Assembly (NCBI GenBank): GCA_002245135.1 | Contig: NGBS01000922.1 | Coordinates: forward strand, 1-36,754 | Reading direction: 5' to 3' | DNA from: Proteromonas lacertae | Lineage: Eukaryota | DNA length: 36,754 nt | Part shown: positions 1-10,444 of the stretch, in pieces | Layout: every line of letters begins with the position of its first letter | How positions within the stretch are numbered: position 1 is the first letter of the stretch | Position numbers and translations under genes: made by a program | The notes under the pieces: model-generated | Seen by the model: only the letters and a program-made list of their open reading frames with translations | Databases searched by the model: none | Told to the model about the DNA's origin: nothing

Positions 1-11
1 GTATCTTTGGT

Positions 12-2080
12 ATGTCTTTAGATGGATATCCAAAGACAGGTTCAGGTAGAAGAAAACATGTTCATTTCAAACATAAGAAACATCACAGAAGAAATAAACT
101 AAAATTAGAGAGTATCCCACGGAGGCATCTCTTGGCTACTAAGAAATTAGGTGGTAATAGTGGTATTATACCATTAAGAGTGGGTCAAAGTGTTGGTCCT
201 AATGAGCATGTCATTATTACTAATCCAAGACAACAAATGTATGATGCTGCTAGTGCTGCTTATAATGGAACATCACAATTACAGCCAAGTCAAATACCAG
301 AATATATTCAACCATATATACCAAAAGAAAACTGTAGGATATGATTATAATTGGAATTATGATAAATTATTTAGTCCAGGTTTGAATAGACAAGCTCGAA
401 AAGAAGTTCAATATGCTTTAACTAATAATTATGCTTCTTTGTTGCCTAACAATTATCATATTAATTTTTATGATATGCTAGATCGTGAACATAAAACAGG
501 AAATTTAAGAGGAACATTCCCATTAGCAACATTAGATACATCTAATCCAAGAAGCTATCTTTTGAATTGGCCTGAATATGTTACAGAAGCAGATGTTTCA
601 GATATGATAATGGAATGAATAGAGTTACAGATCCTTTGTTGATGGAGTAAGTAAGATCAATCAATATTCAGATCCATATAATTTTTGATCCGAATCGAGC
701 TGAAAAAGTAAAAGAATATATTGCATTGAATAATCAAAAGGCACAAAGATATATGGATGATCAAGAGATATTAGAAAGATCAAAATTTTATAGATGGGCA
801 TTAGATCCAAAAAATCAAGAACTGGTGAATAGTGCTATAGATATAGATAAAGAACCGCATACATGGATTAATGAAGATAAATATAGAGAACTGAATGAAA
901 TAGCATCACAAAATAGTAAAGACTTCATTAACTTGATTATAACAGAGAGAAGTTAGGTCACTCACTTCCTCAAGAGTGGGTGAATGCAGATAATAAACAA
1001 AAAATATGAAATAGCTATTGGTTTAGTGAAAACTGCTTGTAGTTCATGGGCACAATTTGAAAATTCACAATTTCAAAAAGCACTTGATTCATTACGTGAA
1101 TCTGATTTTATGGGTTTTACTGGTAATTTGTTCCTGTGTGTAGAGAATGTATTTAGGATATTTCCGCAAATATACTATACAATAAATTCATATTTGGTTG
1201 GTGGAGTTACTCCTCAAATGTTTGAAGTAGATCATGCAATGAAATATGTTCGTGCAATAGTAATGACATGTTTAGCTTATTGGTTATGGAAAAAAATCTA
1301 AACTACCAACATCAGGGTTCTTGTATGTAATGTGGTACTTCATTTCGACTACTATGAGATAATTCGTATGCTGTCAGGTGGTAGATTGCCTGCTATCACT
1401 GACTTGTATTATGGTAATTCAGAAAAAGTTAAGTCAATGTTACCTGAAGCAATTCAAAAATCATGGTTACCTGTAGACTTGTTGTATAATTTTGGTGTTT
1501 CATTTATGTTCAATACTCATCCATATGTTCGATACTTATTTCAATTAGTTCCATTCTTCTACAAATTTTCTAATATTGGAAATATAGATGCAAAAAATGT
1601 AGGTGATACATTAGAAACAGCAGCAACTGTAGCTGCAGCTGCAAATGGAGGTGATGCAACAACTGCTGCAGCAGCAGTTAAAGGTATTAGTGAATTATCA
1701 AAAGCTATGCCATCAATGGCCAAAAAACTGCTGTTGCAGCTGATCCAACAGGTACATTACAAACTGTTGCAGGTATAGGAACAGTATTCAGTGCATTGAC
1801 TGCTTGTTTTGGTTTGCTAGATGCAGGTGGTTTATTAAACTGGTTAAAACCAACACCATATCAACACAAGAATGCAATCAAAATGGATAACTACGTGAAA
1901 CGTTCACAACAAACAATTCCAAGTTCACTCACTAATTTTGGTAGAGCAGTGAGTAATTTAGATCAAGCAAAACAACTCAGTGAAGCTATGAGTTACTTTG
2001 GAATAGGTAATGGAAATAATAAAAAAGTAAAGAAATTAATTTCACGTAGGAAAGTTTTGTATAACAGTATCACTTCAGAT
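12..2080 (+). pseudogene. Long ORFan of roughly 700 codons broken by many 1-nt indels; basic N-terminus; runs in frame into the protease domain
   Basis: ORF pieces 12-344, 190-618, 726-956, 984-1301, 1332-1778 and 1796-2215 abut one another. Several joins can be repaired by single-base shifts (e.g. ...PKE/TVGYDY near 330, ...DP/FVDGVSK near 635). The N-terminus GSGRRKHVHFKHKKHHRR is highly basic. Confidence 0.55.
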
Positions 2081-2573
2081 GCCTTATCGAATTTTGATAT
2101 AGAGTTAATTGTGAAAAATGAGTTCAATAATTTCCATGGAAAGTTCATGGGAGTGTTCTGCTGGGACGAGCTTGTACTTCCTATACCCAAAAAGAAGAAT
2201 CAATGGGAATCATAATCAATACACTCACAACACAAGCTAGCCCTGATTCTATAGGTCATTGGGTGGCTTTAGTAGTTGACAATATCAAAAAGTAATTCCT
2301 GTACTATGATTCATTTGGTGAAGATCCTCAACACTTGGAAGAATTTAAAAAAATTTGAAAAAATTAAAAAAGTATCATAATGAAAAGTATGAACTTAAAA
2401 TCAATGGAGTACAGAATCAAAATTCAAATACTGCCAACTGTGGTTTTTTTGCTATTAATTTTTTGAAAAATATTTTAAGAGATCAGTGTAGTTTCAAAAA
2501 GGCTACTGACTATAATACAATAGTAGGTGAAGCAAAAATTAGGTTAATGAAAAAACAATTTGGATTAATATAA
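2081..2573 (+). pseudogene. Adenain/Ulp1-like (clan CE) viral maturation cysteine protease, disrupted
   Basis: Motifs ALSNFDI..F.GVF..D, IINT...GHWVAL (from 2254), YYDSFG (2302-2319) and QNQNSNTANCGFF give the His-Asp-Cys order. Disrupted by a frameshift near 2190, an in-frame TAA at 2293-2295 and a frameshift near 2350. Confidence 0.85.
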
Positions 2574-2609
2574 TATATATAATATAAAATTATTACTTAA
2601 TTATTTTTT

Positions 2610-3017
2610 TTATGTGTGGTGAAATATTGTATGAGTTTCAATATATTCTATCATCTCTGTATCCATATGACTACATTTGAAGAATATTGGCATCTTACCA
2701 TTAAAACATCTTTGTGGCATTCTAATGATTACTTTTTTCATTGTTGGTGTGTATGTAACTTTCGGATAATCTCTATTTCCTAAGTCACAAGGACCTACAA
2801 ACACTAATATCAAACGTTGACTCATGATCATGTTAATCATTTTGTGTGTTAACTCAAAATACCATTGATATATAGGTTTTCGATGATAAAAAAATATAAG
2901 GAATTGTAGGCTATACAAATCTAAGTATATGTCTGGGCCACTTAAATGATATTTCTTTGTTACCTTGGATTCAAGTTCTGGTAATTTATATTCAATCTGT
3001 GGTGGTAGTGTAAGCAT
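2610..3017 (-). CDS. Hypothetical protein (about 135 aa from the ATG at 3017)
   Basis: Open frame with protein-like composition from MLTLPPQ. The upstream extension to 3176 is low complexity and overlaps a candidate ncRNA. Confidence 0.5.
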   Translation of the reverse strand: MLTLPPQIEYKLPELESKVTKKYHLSGPDIYLDLYSLQFLIFFYHRKPIYQWYFELTHKMINMIMSQRLILVFVGPCDLGNRDYPKVTYTPTMKKVIIRMPQRCFNGKMPIFFKCSHMDTEMIEYIETHTIFHHT

Positions 3018-3081
3018 ATATAAAAAATAGAATATACTATATGTATATGTATAATAAAATATTTTTAAAAAAAAAGAAATT

Positions 3082-3175
3082 AAAAAAATGGGATTACTAA
3101 TAGTCTGTGCTAGGAATCGAACCACTAATGCCAGCTGCATGACTCTTTTTTCCTTGCACAGTCTATCAGATCCCA
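3082..3175 (-). ncRNA. Candidate Pol III small RNA B (about 86 nt plus oligo-U)
   Basis: On the minus strand: perfect B-box GGTTCGATTCC (3123-3113); terminal stem TGGGAT/ATCCCA, CTGATAG/CTATTAG, CTGTGC/GCACAG, AGGA/TCCT; T7 terminator immediately after the stem (3088-3082). Confidence 0.6.
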
Positions 3176-3182
3176 ATTAAAT

Positions 3183-3382
3183 AAAAAAAAGGGCATTTAG
3201 ATATACCGTGCCAGGATGATTCAAGCCGAATTTCAATGGCGCAATATTAAACAACACACATCCAAGTAGTAATTATTATTAAACTTCCATAAATTCCTTG
3301 TGAAATTAATTTAATAAATAAATAAATAAATAATTATAAATTAGAAACGCAGCCCTCATCGTAGCTAGTCTATCCAATGCCC
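3183..3382 (-). ncRNA. Candidate Pol III small RNA A (about 192 nt plus oligo-U), long rod-like terminal stem
   Basis: On the minus strand 5' GGGCATTGGATA pairs with 3' TATCTAAATGCCC. The stem continues GCTA/TGGC, GATGA/TCATC, GGGCTG/CGGCTT, TTTC/GAAA. T8 follows directly (3190-3183). No internal T4 in 192 nt. Shares the TTGGG...GATAGACT 5' motif with RNA B. Confidence 0.55.
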
Positions 3383-3431
3383 AATAATAAAAACAACATA
3401 TACAATATATAGCATAATAAAAATTTATTCG

Positions 3432-4547
3432 TTACAATATTGATTTGTCTCCCTTCTTTCTCTTGGGTCTCTCCAGTATTTTTCTAAACCATGTGGTTGG
3501 TGCATCATCTTTTCTCACTAACTGCAACTCATAGTGTTTGAATCGAATTAATGAAAAACCTTGAATGTCATTCCCATTGATATCACCTAAATTGTATGAA
3601 TATCGATTTTTCTTGATTATCTTATATACATTGTCTGACCAGTATACGTTCTTATCCATTTTACGTCTTCTCTCTTTGAATCTCACCAAATCACCTACTT
3701 CGAAATTTTGACCAGTATGATCCAATTTTTCATAATTCTTTAAGTTGTAGTTAATTGATTTTTGTAATATTTGTTTTTGTAATTCTGGACTATGGAATAC
3801 CTCATTTGGTGTATATCCTTTAATTCCTGGTAATGGCTTGTTGTTATAGTCATCTATCACTTCCTGTATTATACTATCGAGTTTCAATTTATAATTCATA
3901 TCTGGTATAATATGCTTATCATTGTGATCAATATCTGCCATATATGTAGGTGCATCATATCCCAGATCCACCAAGTGTTTGTACAACAGTCTTTTTATCA
4001 CACTCACTGATCTATCCAATAATGACTCTATTTTATGCTCTGAACCATCTTTTTGAAAATATGAAATTCCTTCAGCATCACATAACTTCTTGATATTTGA
4101 AAAACTAGCATCAGCATCTGATAGAATACTTACCACATTTTTATGTGTTTTGTTTCCATAGGCATCTGTTTCATAATACCACTTCTGAAATGCATCCAAT
4201 GTAATATCACCATATTTATTAGGCATAAATAGTGCCCATACTTTTCTTGAATTCATTTCGATAAAATACAAATGTTCCATATCAGGTAAGAAAAACACTA
4301 TATCCATTTGGAAGTACCCAGGCTTTTTGATAGTTGCGAATGGATTATTTTTTTTATATTTGAAATCAACAATTTGTTTTCCAGGTTGTCTCCTTAAGTA
4401 TTCACGTACTACATCTGGTGGTGGAGCTATATCATTCATACTAGACAAATGTTGTGTCATTTTGACAAATTCATTTTCATTAAGGTAATAATATTTTTTA
4501 TATAGTTCATCTAAGCGTGATCGATATTGGGCAATTTGGTTTGACAT
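3432..4547 (-). CDS. Retroviral-like (rve) integrase of Polinton/Ginger type, intact
   Basis: Motifs PGYFQMDIVFF, EMNSRKVWA, ILSD, LLDRSVSVIKR, YNNKP...TPNEV and FEVGDLVR. The ATG at 4547 aligns with the start of the second integrase (LYKKYYYLN vs LYKTYGYLN). The frame stays open to 4805. Confidence 0.88.
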   Translation of the reverse strand: MSNQIAQYRSRLDELYKKYYYLNENEFVKMTQHLSSMNDIAPPPDVVREYLRRQPGKQIVDFKYKKNNPFATIKKPGYFQMDIVFFLPDMEHLYFIEMNSRKVWALFMPNKYGDITLDAFQKWYYETDAYGNKTHKNVVSILSDADASFSNIKKLCDAEGISYFQKDGSEHKIESLLDRSVSVIKRLLYKHLVDLGYDAPTYMADIDHNDKHIIPDMNYKLKLDSIIQEVIDDYNNKPLPGIKGYTPNEVFHSPELQKQILQKSINYNLKNYEKLDHTGQNFEVGDLVRFKERRRKMDKNVYWSDNVYKIIKKNRYSYNLGDINGNDIQGFSLIRFKHYELQLVRKDDAPTTWFRKILERPKRKKGDKSIL

Positions 4548-4832
4548 TTGGTCTTCATACGAAGCCTCTCTTGTTGGATGTGTAATATTCGGTGCTCCAT
4601 GGTTAATATATGTTGCAAGTGATAAGTTACCATTTGTAGGTAACGGTTTGACAGGAGATGGGTTTGGGTTGCTATATGAGCTGTATAAATGTAATTCATT
4701 ATGATTATTATCTAAATTAATAGAGTTATATATCTTTATAACAACATTTAAAAAATATATATCCGTTTCATATATATATACATATAACATTTGTTCATTG
4801 TTCAACGTTATTTCCCTTTCAATTCACTTATT

Positions 4833-5619
4833 ATGAGCAACTGGAAGATACTATACAAAAACAGCTTCATTAATGATCCAAATCCGAGCATATATAAAGT
4901 TTTATGAGAGAATTTTAAGACGATTGTAGAACATGAGAAAGATTTGCAACGATATAGGTATAATATATTATTATATGTCTATAGCTGGAATGGTAACTTC
5001 AGTATAAGGCGTTTCACTACATGGTACAAAAGATTTATAGAAATTGAAAAGATTGTTGATCGTCATGAAAGGTTAAAGATGTCCAGAGTGTTGATGTCTG
5101 TCCTGCTATGTAATATCATGTATAAAGAGGATCTGGACAAAAGCATCGTATATCCATTTAATATATATTTCAATTTTGAATCAATAGTATGATCGTATGC
5201 TTGACCATGCAATGGAGGATATGATAGAATTAACTAATATGTATACAATATATTTCGGTGACAACGATTTAGCAAAATGCGAAAAAGAAGAAAACAAGAA
5301 TTCGAAAGGAGATATAGTTTACAGAAGTACTGCTGAAAGTATGGTAAGTAGTAAAGTCTCTGTAGCATCGTTGTTTGATAATCTGGATGATGATGATGAT
5401 GACAACAACAAGTTGTTAAAGGTGGTATCGACAAAAAGAAAGTGCAGTACATCTAAAACTCCAAGATTCAAAAGAAAGAAAATATATCAAAAAAACATTT
5501 CAACCAAAAACCAAAAACAAGAAGATAGTACTACAGAGGAAGATGATGATGATAACTTCTCACAATTTATAGTAGATGATGATGAGGAGGAGGAGCCAGA
5601 GTACCAAAATGATTATTAA
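4833..5619 (+). pseudogene. ORFan with acidic/basic C-terminus; candidate 40-nt intron (5148-5187) and an in-frame TGA (4905-4907)
   Basis: ATG 4833 is in frame with ORF 4944. Removing GTATATCC...CAATAG (5148-5187) joins DLDKSI to YDRMLDHAM in frame with ORF 5197-5619. Confidence 0.55.
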
Positions 5620-5795
5620 TCTCTGGTCCTAATTGGTTCAAATGATAGATTGTGTTTGTGTGGGAGTGTTGTTTTCATAATTTACATAATTAATTAGCAT
5701 TATAACAAGTCTTATAAGAAATTTCAATAATAGAAAAATAGATGCGTTTCGAGATTTGACTTGAACTCCATTTTTTTTGTTTTGTTTTTTATTAC

Positions 5796-5998
5796 ATAGG
5801 ATGGTCACCATATGTTGTCATATCACACAGTATGGTGGCCATCCTATCTATCATTGTTTTTTGAATTTTTTTAAGAAAATTAGATTTCGATTATGTTTTA
5901 TTGTCTAATTATGTTTCTAAGGGTGAAAAAACAATAGGGGGAAATGAATACAAAAATTACAAAAAAATAGGGGTTTCAAATTGTACTCATTTTCCCCT
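5796..5998. repeat. Two adjacent stem-loops (17-bp and 18-bp arms)
   Basis: ATAGGATGGTCACCATA (5796-5812) pairs with TATGGTGGCCATCCTAT (5831-5847), one G.T pair. AGGGGGAAATGAATACAA (5936-5953) pairs with TTGTACTCATTTTCCCCT (5981-5998), one mismatch and one G.T pair. Confidence 0.8.
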
Positions 5999-6491
5999 TT
6001 CTTTCATTATACACTTTTCATTTTTATACTATTTTAAAAGCTTATAGCAATAGTAGACATCGGGATAAAGGTTTTAAATAGAAAAGGAATACCTACTTAT
6101 TGCATTTACCTGCTTAAAATTTATTTTGAAAAAACAGGCTTGAATGAGGCTTGAATCATTCATAACTCATTAAGAATAACAGCATTATGTAATTAGTTTG
6201 TTTCTAAAGGGATTATAAGGTTGCATGATTATTATTGCTTACGCTTCGATCGATAAGAATTGCTAGAATGTTGAACTCAACGGAGATTGTTAAGAAGGTA
6301 TTTACAATTGTTAATGCTTGAGATTCCCTTTTGAGTTTCCATGATTCCCAGGAGTATTTTTATTCAGAATGGAGTGAATAATGCAATCATTTAATAGTGC
6401 AATATTTTTATAAGTTCAATTTTTCAATATTTTTAGTCTCTGTTATTAATTGTATATCAAATCCTGAAGTATGATGATTATGACTTTTAAC

Positions 6492-7539
6492 CAGGGATGT
6501 ATAAATATGTAACCTATAGGTTATAGGTAAAACCTATAATCTAGCCTTGACTGAGTAACTTTTGTTTTATACAAACTACCATATTATATAAAATATTATT
6601 CCTGCTTCTTGTTTTGCTTTAATTACTATAGTTATGACTAAGATTGGTTGAAATTGTATAATTATCTACTCTGATATATTAAAATTCATCTACAAACTAC
6701 TCAATAGTGATATTTAACATATTTATAAACAACTTGTTATTTTGATGATTAATTTATATTGATTACTATCTCTAAAGAACAAATATAAATGTAATTATAA
6801 CAATAAATATCTATTTCTGGATATTAATGATTTGTCTTCAATAAGTCTCCTACTTTCTCAGTTTCTGAAAATAAATAATCATTATAAACCTCTCTTCGAG
6901 TTATACTATATCCTAGTTTGAAGCAAAACCTTCTAAATTCTGGTGAGTCTAATATTGTGGTTCTGACTGCATTGAAGGTTATGAATTTAAACAGATCTTT
7001 GTTGACAGAATCTGAATTGACTTTGGCTTTTACCATATGTAATAATCTGAATATTTTGTTTTAATCACATTTTTCTACAACTTCTTTAGATATGAAAGGG
7101 GGTTATGTGATATCCCTATAGTGTCATATATTATAAAGTCTTATAAATATTGAGTAATTATACATTTAAATGATCTAAATCTTTAAAAATAAAGATAAAC
7201 TTAGTCAAACCATCAAGCTTGATGTTTTTTTCTTTTATTTTCTGTATTCTATAATTAATTTAATATTATGTTAATAATATGTTATTGTGAGTCATCATTG
7301 AGAAATAGATCAAAATAATAGTAATATAAAAAGTGCATCGACTGACGGTCAAATTTGATATTTGAAAGATGATGTATAAAACATTAATTTCGTATATATG
7401 GTTAGATTATATGCTTCTTAACTCATGTTCAAAAGGAGGTCAACTAATAGTTAGTATAAGGAAGGTAAAGGTCAAGCTAAAGATATAGGTTTTGACCTAT
7501 AGGTAAACCTATATTTTTTGACCGAAAAATACAACACTA
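6492..7539 (-). mobile_element. Internally deleted hAT-like transposon remnant
   Basis: Ac-like left end CAGGGATGTAT (6492); the right end reads TAGTGTTGTAT on the minus strand (7539). Clustered ACCTATA subterminal motifs at both ends (6511-6538, 7484-7513). Fragment 6824-7036 (TTILDSPEFRRFC..LGYSITRR) resembles part of a hAT transposase. No 8-bp TSD seen. Confidence 0.5.
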
Positions 7540-7554
7540 CAATAGTCTTATAAA

Positions 7555-8241
7555 ATGATATTGTATGATTCTTTAATTGTTATTTCTACTGTATTCACTA
7601 TATTATTTATTTATTTGAATATAAAAACAAATAAAAAAAATGATGAAATAGACTTCAATACAATTTATAATAAAAGTAGAGAATATATTGGATATATATT
7701 GGATAAGAGAAAGTATGAAATAGGTATGGAAATAGGTGTTCAAAGAGGTATCTATACTGAACAACTTTTGAAAATATGGAAGAATTGTAGAGAGTATACA
7801 TTGATTGATCCATGGATAGAACAAAAATATTATGATGATGGAGCTAATGTAAATTCAATAATTCAAAATAATAGATTTATAGAATCAATGAAAGTAGTAC
7901 TGAAATATTCTAATAGAGTATTATTCAAAATATTTAAATCTAAAAGTGAATTAGTTTATAAATCATTCTATCAACAATCATATGATTTTATATATATTGA
8001 TGGCAGGCATGACTATTACAGCGTTAAGAATGATATTGATCATTACTTTCCTATATTAAAAGACAGAGGAATTTTATGCGGAGATGATTATTCTTATTCT
8101 CCAGGTAGATGGAATTTATATCCTGATGGTACAGTTGATAAGCTAAATAGGGCTGTCAAAGGAGCAGTAGATGAATTCGTTAAATCAAAACATTTAAAAT
8201 TATATATAACAAAAGATAAATCATGGTGTATACAAAAATAA
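7555..8241 (+). CDS. Class I SAM-dependent methyltransferase (Methyltransf_24-like) with N-terminal membrane anchor
   Basis: Motifs GMEIGVQRG, LIDPW and DFIYIDGRHDY.SVKND...LK.RGILCGDDY; hydrophobic N-terminus. Confidence 0.88.
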   Translation: MILYDSLIVISTVFTILFIYLNIKTNKKNDEIDFNTIYNKSREYIGYILDKRKYEIGMEIGVQRGIYTEQLLKIWKNCREYTLIDPWIEQKYYDDGANVNSIIQNNRFIESMKVVLKYSNRVLFKIFKSKSELVYKSFYQQSYDFIYIDGRHDYYSVKNDIDHYFPILKDRGILCGDDYSYSPGRWNLYPDGTVDKLNRAVKGAVDEFVKSKHLKLYITKDKSWCIQK

Positions 8242-8250
8242 TATATTCAA

Positions 8251-9629
8251 TGCACAGTTTGTCAGAGTAGGCAGTTTGTTTAACAGACACTTTTAAAACA
8301 AACTAAATTTATATTCTTACTTATTTTGATAAATAATTGTTACTTTAATACTTACTTTGTAATATAACTTATGTCTGCAATATACTCCCCTTCACAAATT
8401 ATGACATACAATTATTTCATTTTTTCGTTTATTATTTGATTTTCTTGTTTTATTAAGTGTTATAGAAGGAAACATTATTCATCTATCTCATAAAAATAAA
8501 GTAGGTAATTTCAAGATTATGTTTGTCAATTTATAAAGTCCATATAATAGTAGAATCAAAAATGTGTTTGGCTTGGCCATCCCATTCCCTTTTTATACTA
8601 TACATATGTATTGTCTTTATTTTTTGTACTATTTACAAGCTTGACATGATAGAGTTTTTATAAAATAAAAGAAAACTATCAATAATTCAGCCAAAAAAAA
8701 TATATAACCAAAAATAATAAAAAGAACTAAACTATCTGTTTTATTCTTTTAATTTTTATTTCTCACTTTTTGAAATGTCTCTTTATCTATTGATTTTTAT
8801 ATCATAAATCTATTGCTACCTTATAGGTAATCAACAAAATTTTAATTTTAGACTGATCAAATAACTTTTTCATAATTAAAAATCGAAAAAACAAAAATCG
8901 AACGATTTCAATAAATTATGGGGTTGAAGACGTCCAAAGCCAAATCAAGTATATCATTAGTGGGCAAGCTGTTATAGATTATATCTTGAGAAGTCAAGTT
9001 AATGGCATTACAATTCAATCTGCCAAAACACTCAGAAATGTGTTGGTGAAGAACAGCTTAATCCCCTCAATAGTATCATTAAGTACAAATCATGGAAGAT
9101 CTATTTTGGAAATGGTGGAGTTTGTCCAAGCTTGACCCAAAAGAACGTTGAAGAAAGATTAATGACAGTATCTCAAAACATATTCTTGGATATAAATGTT
9201 AAAAGTGTTGGATGGAGTATTTCTGGAAAACTATTATTAGGAAACGCAGGTGTTATGGTCTGGGGTGCCTTTTCAGAGTATGGATTCACTGATCTGATGG
9301 TTATGCAGAGTAAGGGAATAAATTCAGTTAGATATTGTCGATTTCTAAAGAAAACTTTACCGCCTCTAATTCAACAGCATCCATTGGTTAACCATCAGAG
9401 ACAATGTTATTTCTTACAAGACAATGCCAGCATACATAAAAGTAGGTATACCACAGAATATCTTCAAAGGAACGGTTGGAAACCTATCAGACATCCACAG
9501 TTTTCTCCAGACTTAAATCCTATTGAAAAGGTCTGGGCGACTCTAAAACACAAGATTAATGATGTAAAAAAGTCGTTATTTAACCAAGTTGTTTCAAGCT
9601 TCATTTATATAGAATGTAATAATTATTAA
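8251..9629 (+). mobile_element. Tc1-family (DD34E) transposon copy A, internally deleted
   Basis: VMVWGAFS, LQDNASIH and FSPDLNPIEKVW with 34 residues between D and E. The first catalytic D (FSDES) and the N-terminus are deleted relative to copy B. Diverged TIR-like sequence at 8251-8385. Region 8543-9220 matches 25053-26060 apart from deletions. Confidence 0.85.
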
Positions 9630-9917
9630 ATCATTCTATATAAAAAAAGAAATGTAAAAAATGTCTTATGATCAACATTATGTTGTTCTAATCATTTCAG
9701 CTAATGTATTTTAGTCTATATTAGCTAAATATGTATTTAGTTTGCTTCAAAAATTTCTAGAAAACAAACGGCTCAAATATTCAAACTATTTATATTAACA
9801 AAAAAGTATATTGCAGAGGTAGGTCATATAACAAAGTAAGTATAAAAGTAACAATTTTTCATCAAGACAAGTAAGAATATACATTTAGTTTGTTTTAAAA
9901 GTGTCTGGTAGACAAAT
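9610..9917. repeat. Partial copy of the 637-bp MITE (spacer plus TIR lacking the terminal ~28 bp)
   Basis: Near-identical to the reverse complement of about 24006-24360, with one deletion of about 47 nt covering the CAAGCC motif. Confidence 0.9.
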
Positions 9918-10008
9918 TCTTTGTTCTGCATTATAGACAAATTTTTTTGATGAAGTGGGTATAGTGGGTATAGCGTTCTGATGATTTTATAAATTCAATT
10001 CTTCATAA

Positions 10009-10444
10009 AATAGATTTAAACAAATTAATTATTATTACCTTTACATTTATATTATTAATTATATGTGAAAAGTATATTTATTTAATAACTAATATACATC
10101 CATTTTGTATGTCCCTAATAATACCTTCAACTTATGAAGACTATGAAAGATGTTTTAATACTTTAAAAAGAAGTATATGTAATTCTATTCAATATTCAGA
10201 AGAAATAATTATTGTATTGTCAGGAGTTAATGCTAATTTATCAAAATACTATAAACAAAAATCAAAAGAATTAGAAAAATGCACTAAGAAATTAGTAATT
10301 CTACTTAGATATAAAAAACACAATGCTGCATCAAACAGAAACTTTGGATATTTCCATTCACAATGTCCAATACTTACATTTTTTGATATTGATGATATAA
10401 TGTCTATATACAGACTTTATATAATTCATAAAATATTCTCCTAG
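10009..10444 (+). pseudogene. Truncated GT2-family glycosyltransferase
   Basis: Motifs SLIIPS, EIIIV, AASNRNFG and LTFFDIDD. An in-frame hydrophobic leader lies upstream of 10109 without an ATG. The ORF stops just after the DxD motif. Confidence 0.7.

Larger units (their letters stand above)
1..6000. mobile_element. Left Polinton/Maverick-like or virophage-like endogenous element (partial, decaying; boundaries approximate)
   Basis: An adenain-type cysteine protease (GHWVAL, YYDSFG, Q..NCG) lies close to an rve integrase with an F.VGD.VR C-terminal motif. ORFans surround them and strong hairpins occur at 5.8-6.0 kb. No PolB, ATPase or capsid gene is seen; these may lie left of the window. Confidence 0.72.

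Noticed and set aside
3089..3175. tRNA gene (T-loop GGTTCGATTCC)
   Set aside because: No cloverleaf: no T-stem, D-arm or anticodon arm can be drawn. The fold is a terminal rod, so it is kept as a Pol III ncRNA candidate.
5662..5778. Third Pol III unit (GGAGT/ACTCC ends, TTCGAGA, T8)
   Set aside because: The stem is only 5 bp and there is an internal T4 near the 5' end.
6200..6480. hAT C-terminal dimerisation-domain fragment on the minus strand
   Set aside because: The resemblance is vague, the ER.FS motif is lacking, and it lies outside the putative TIR.
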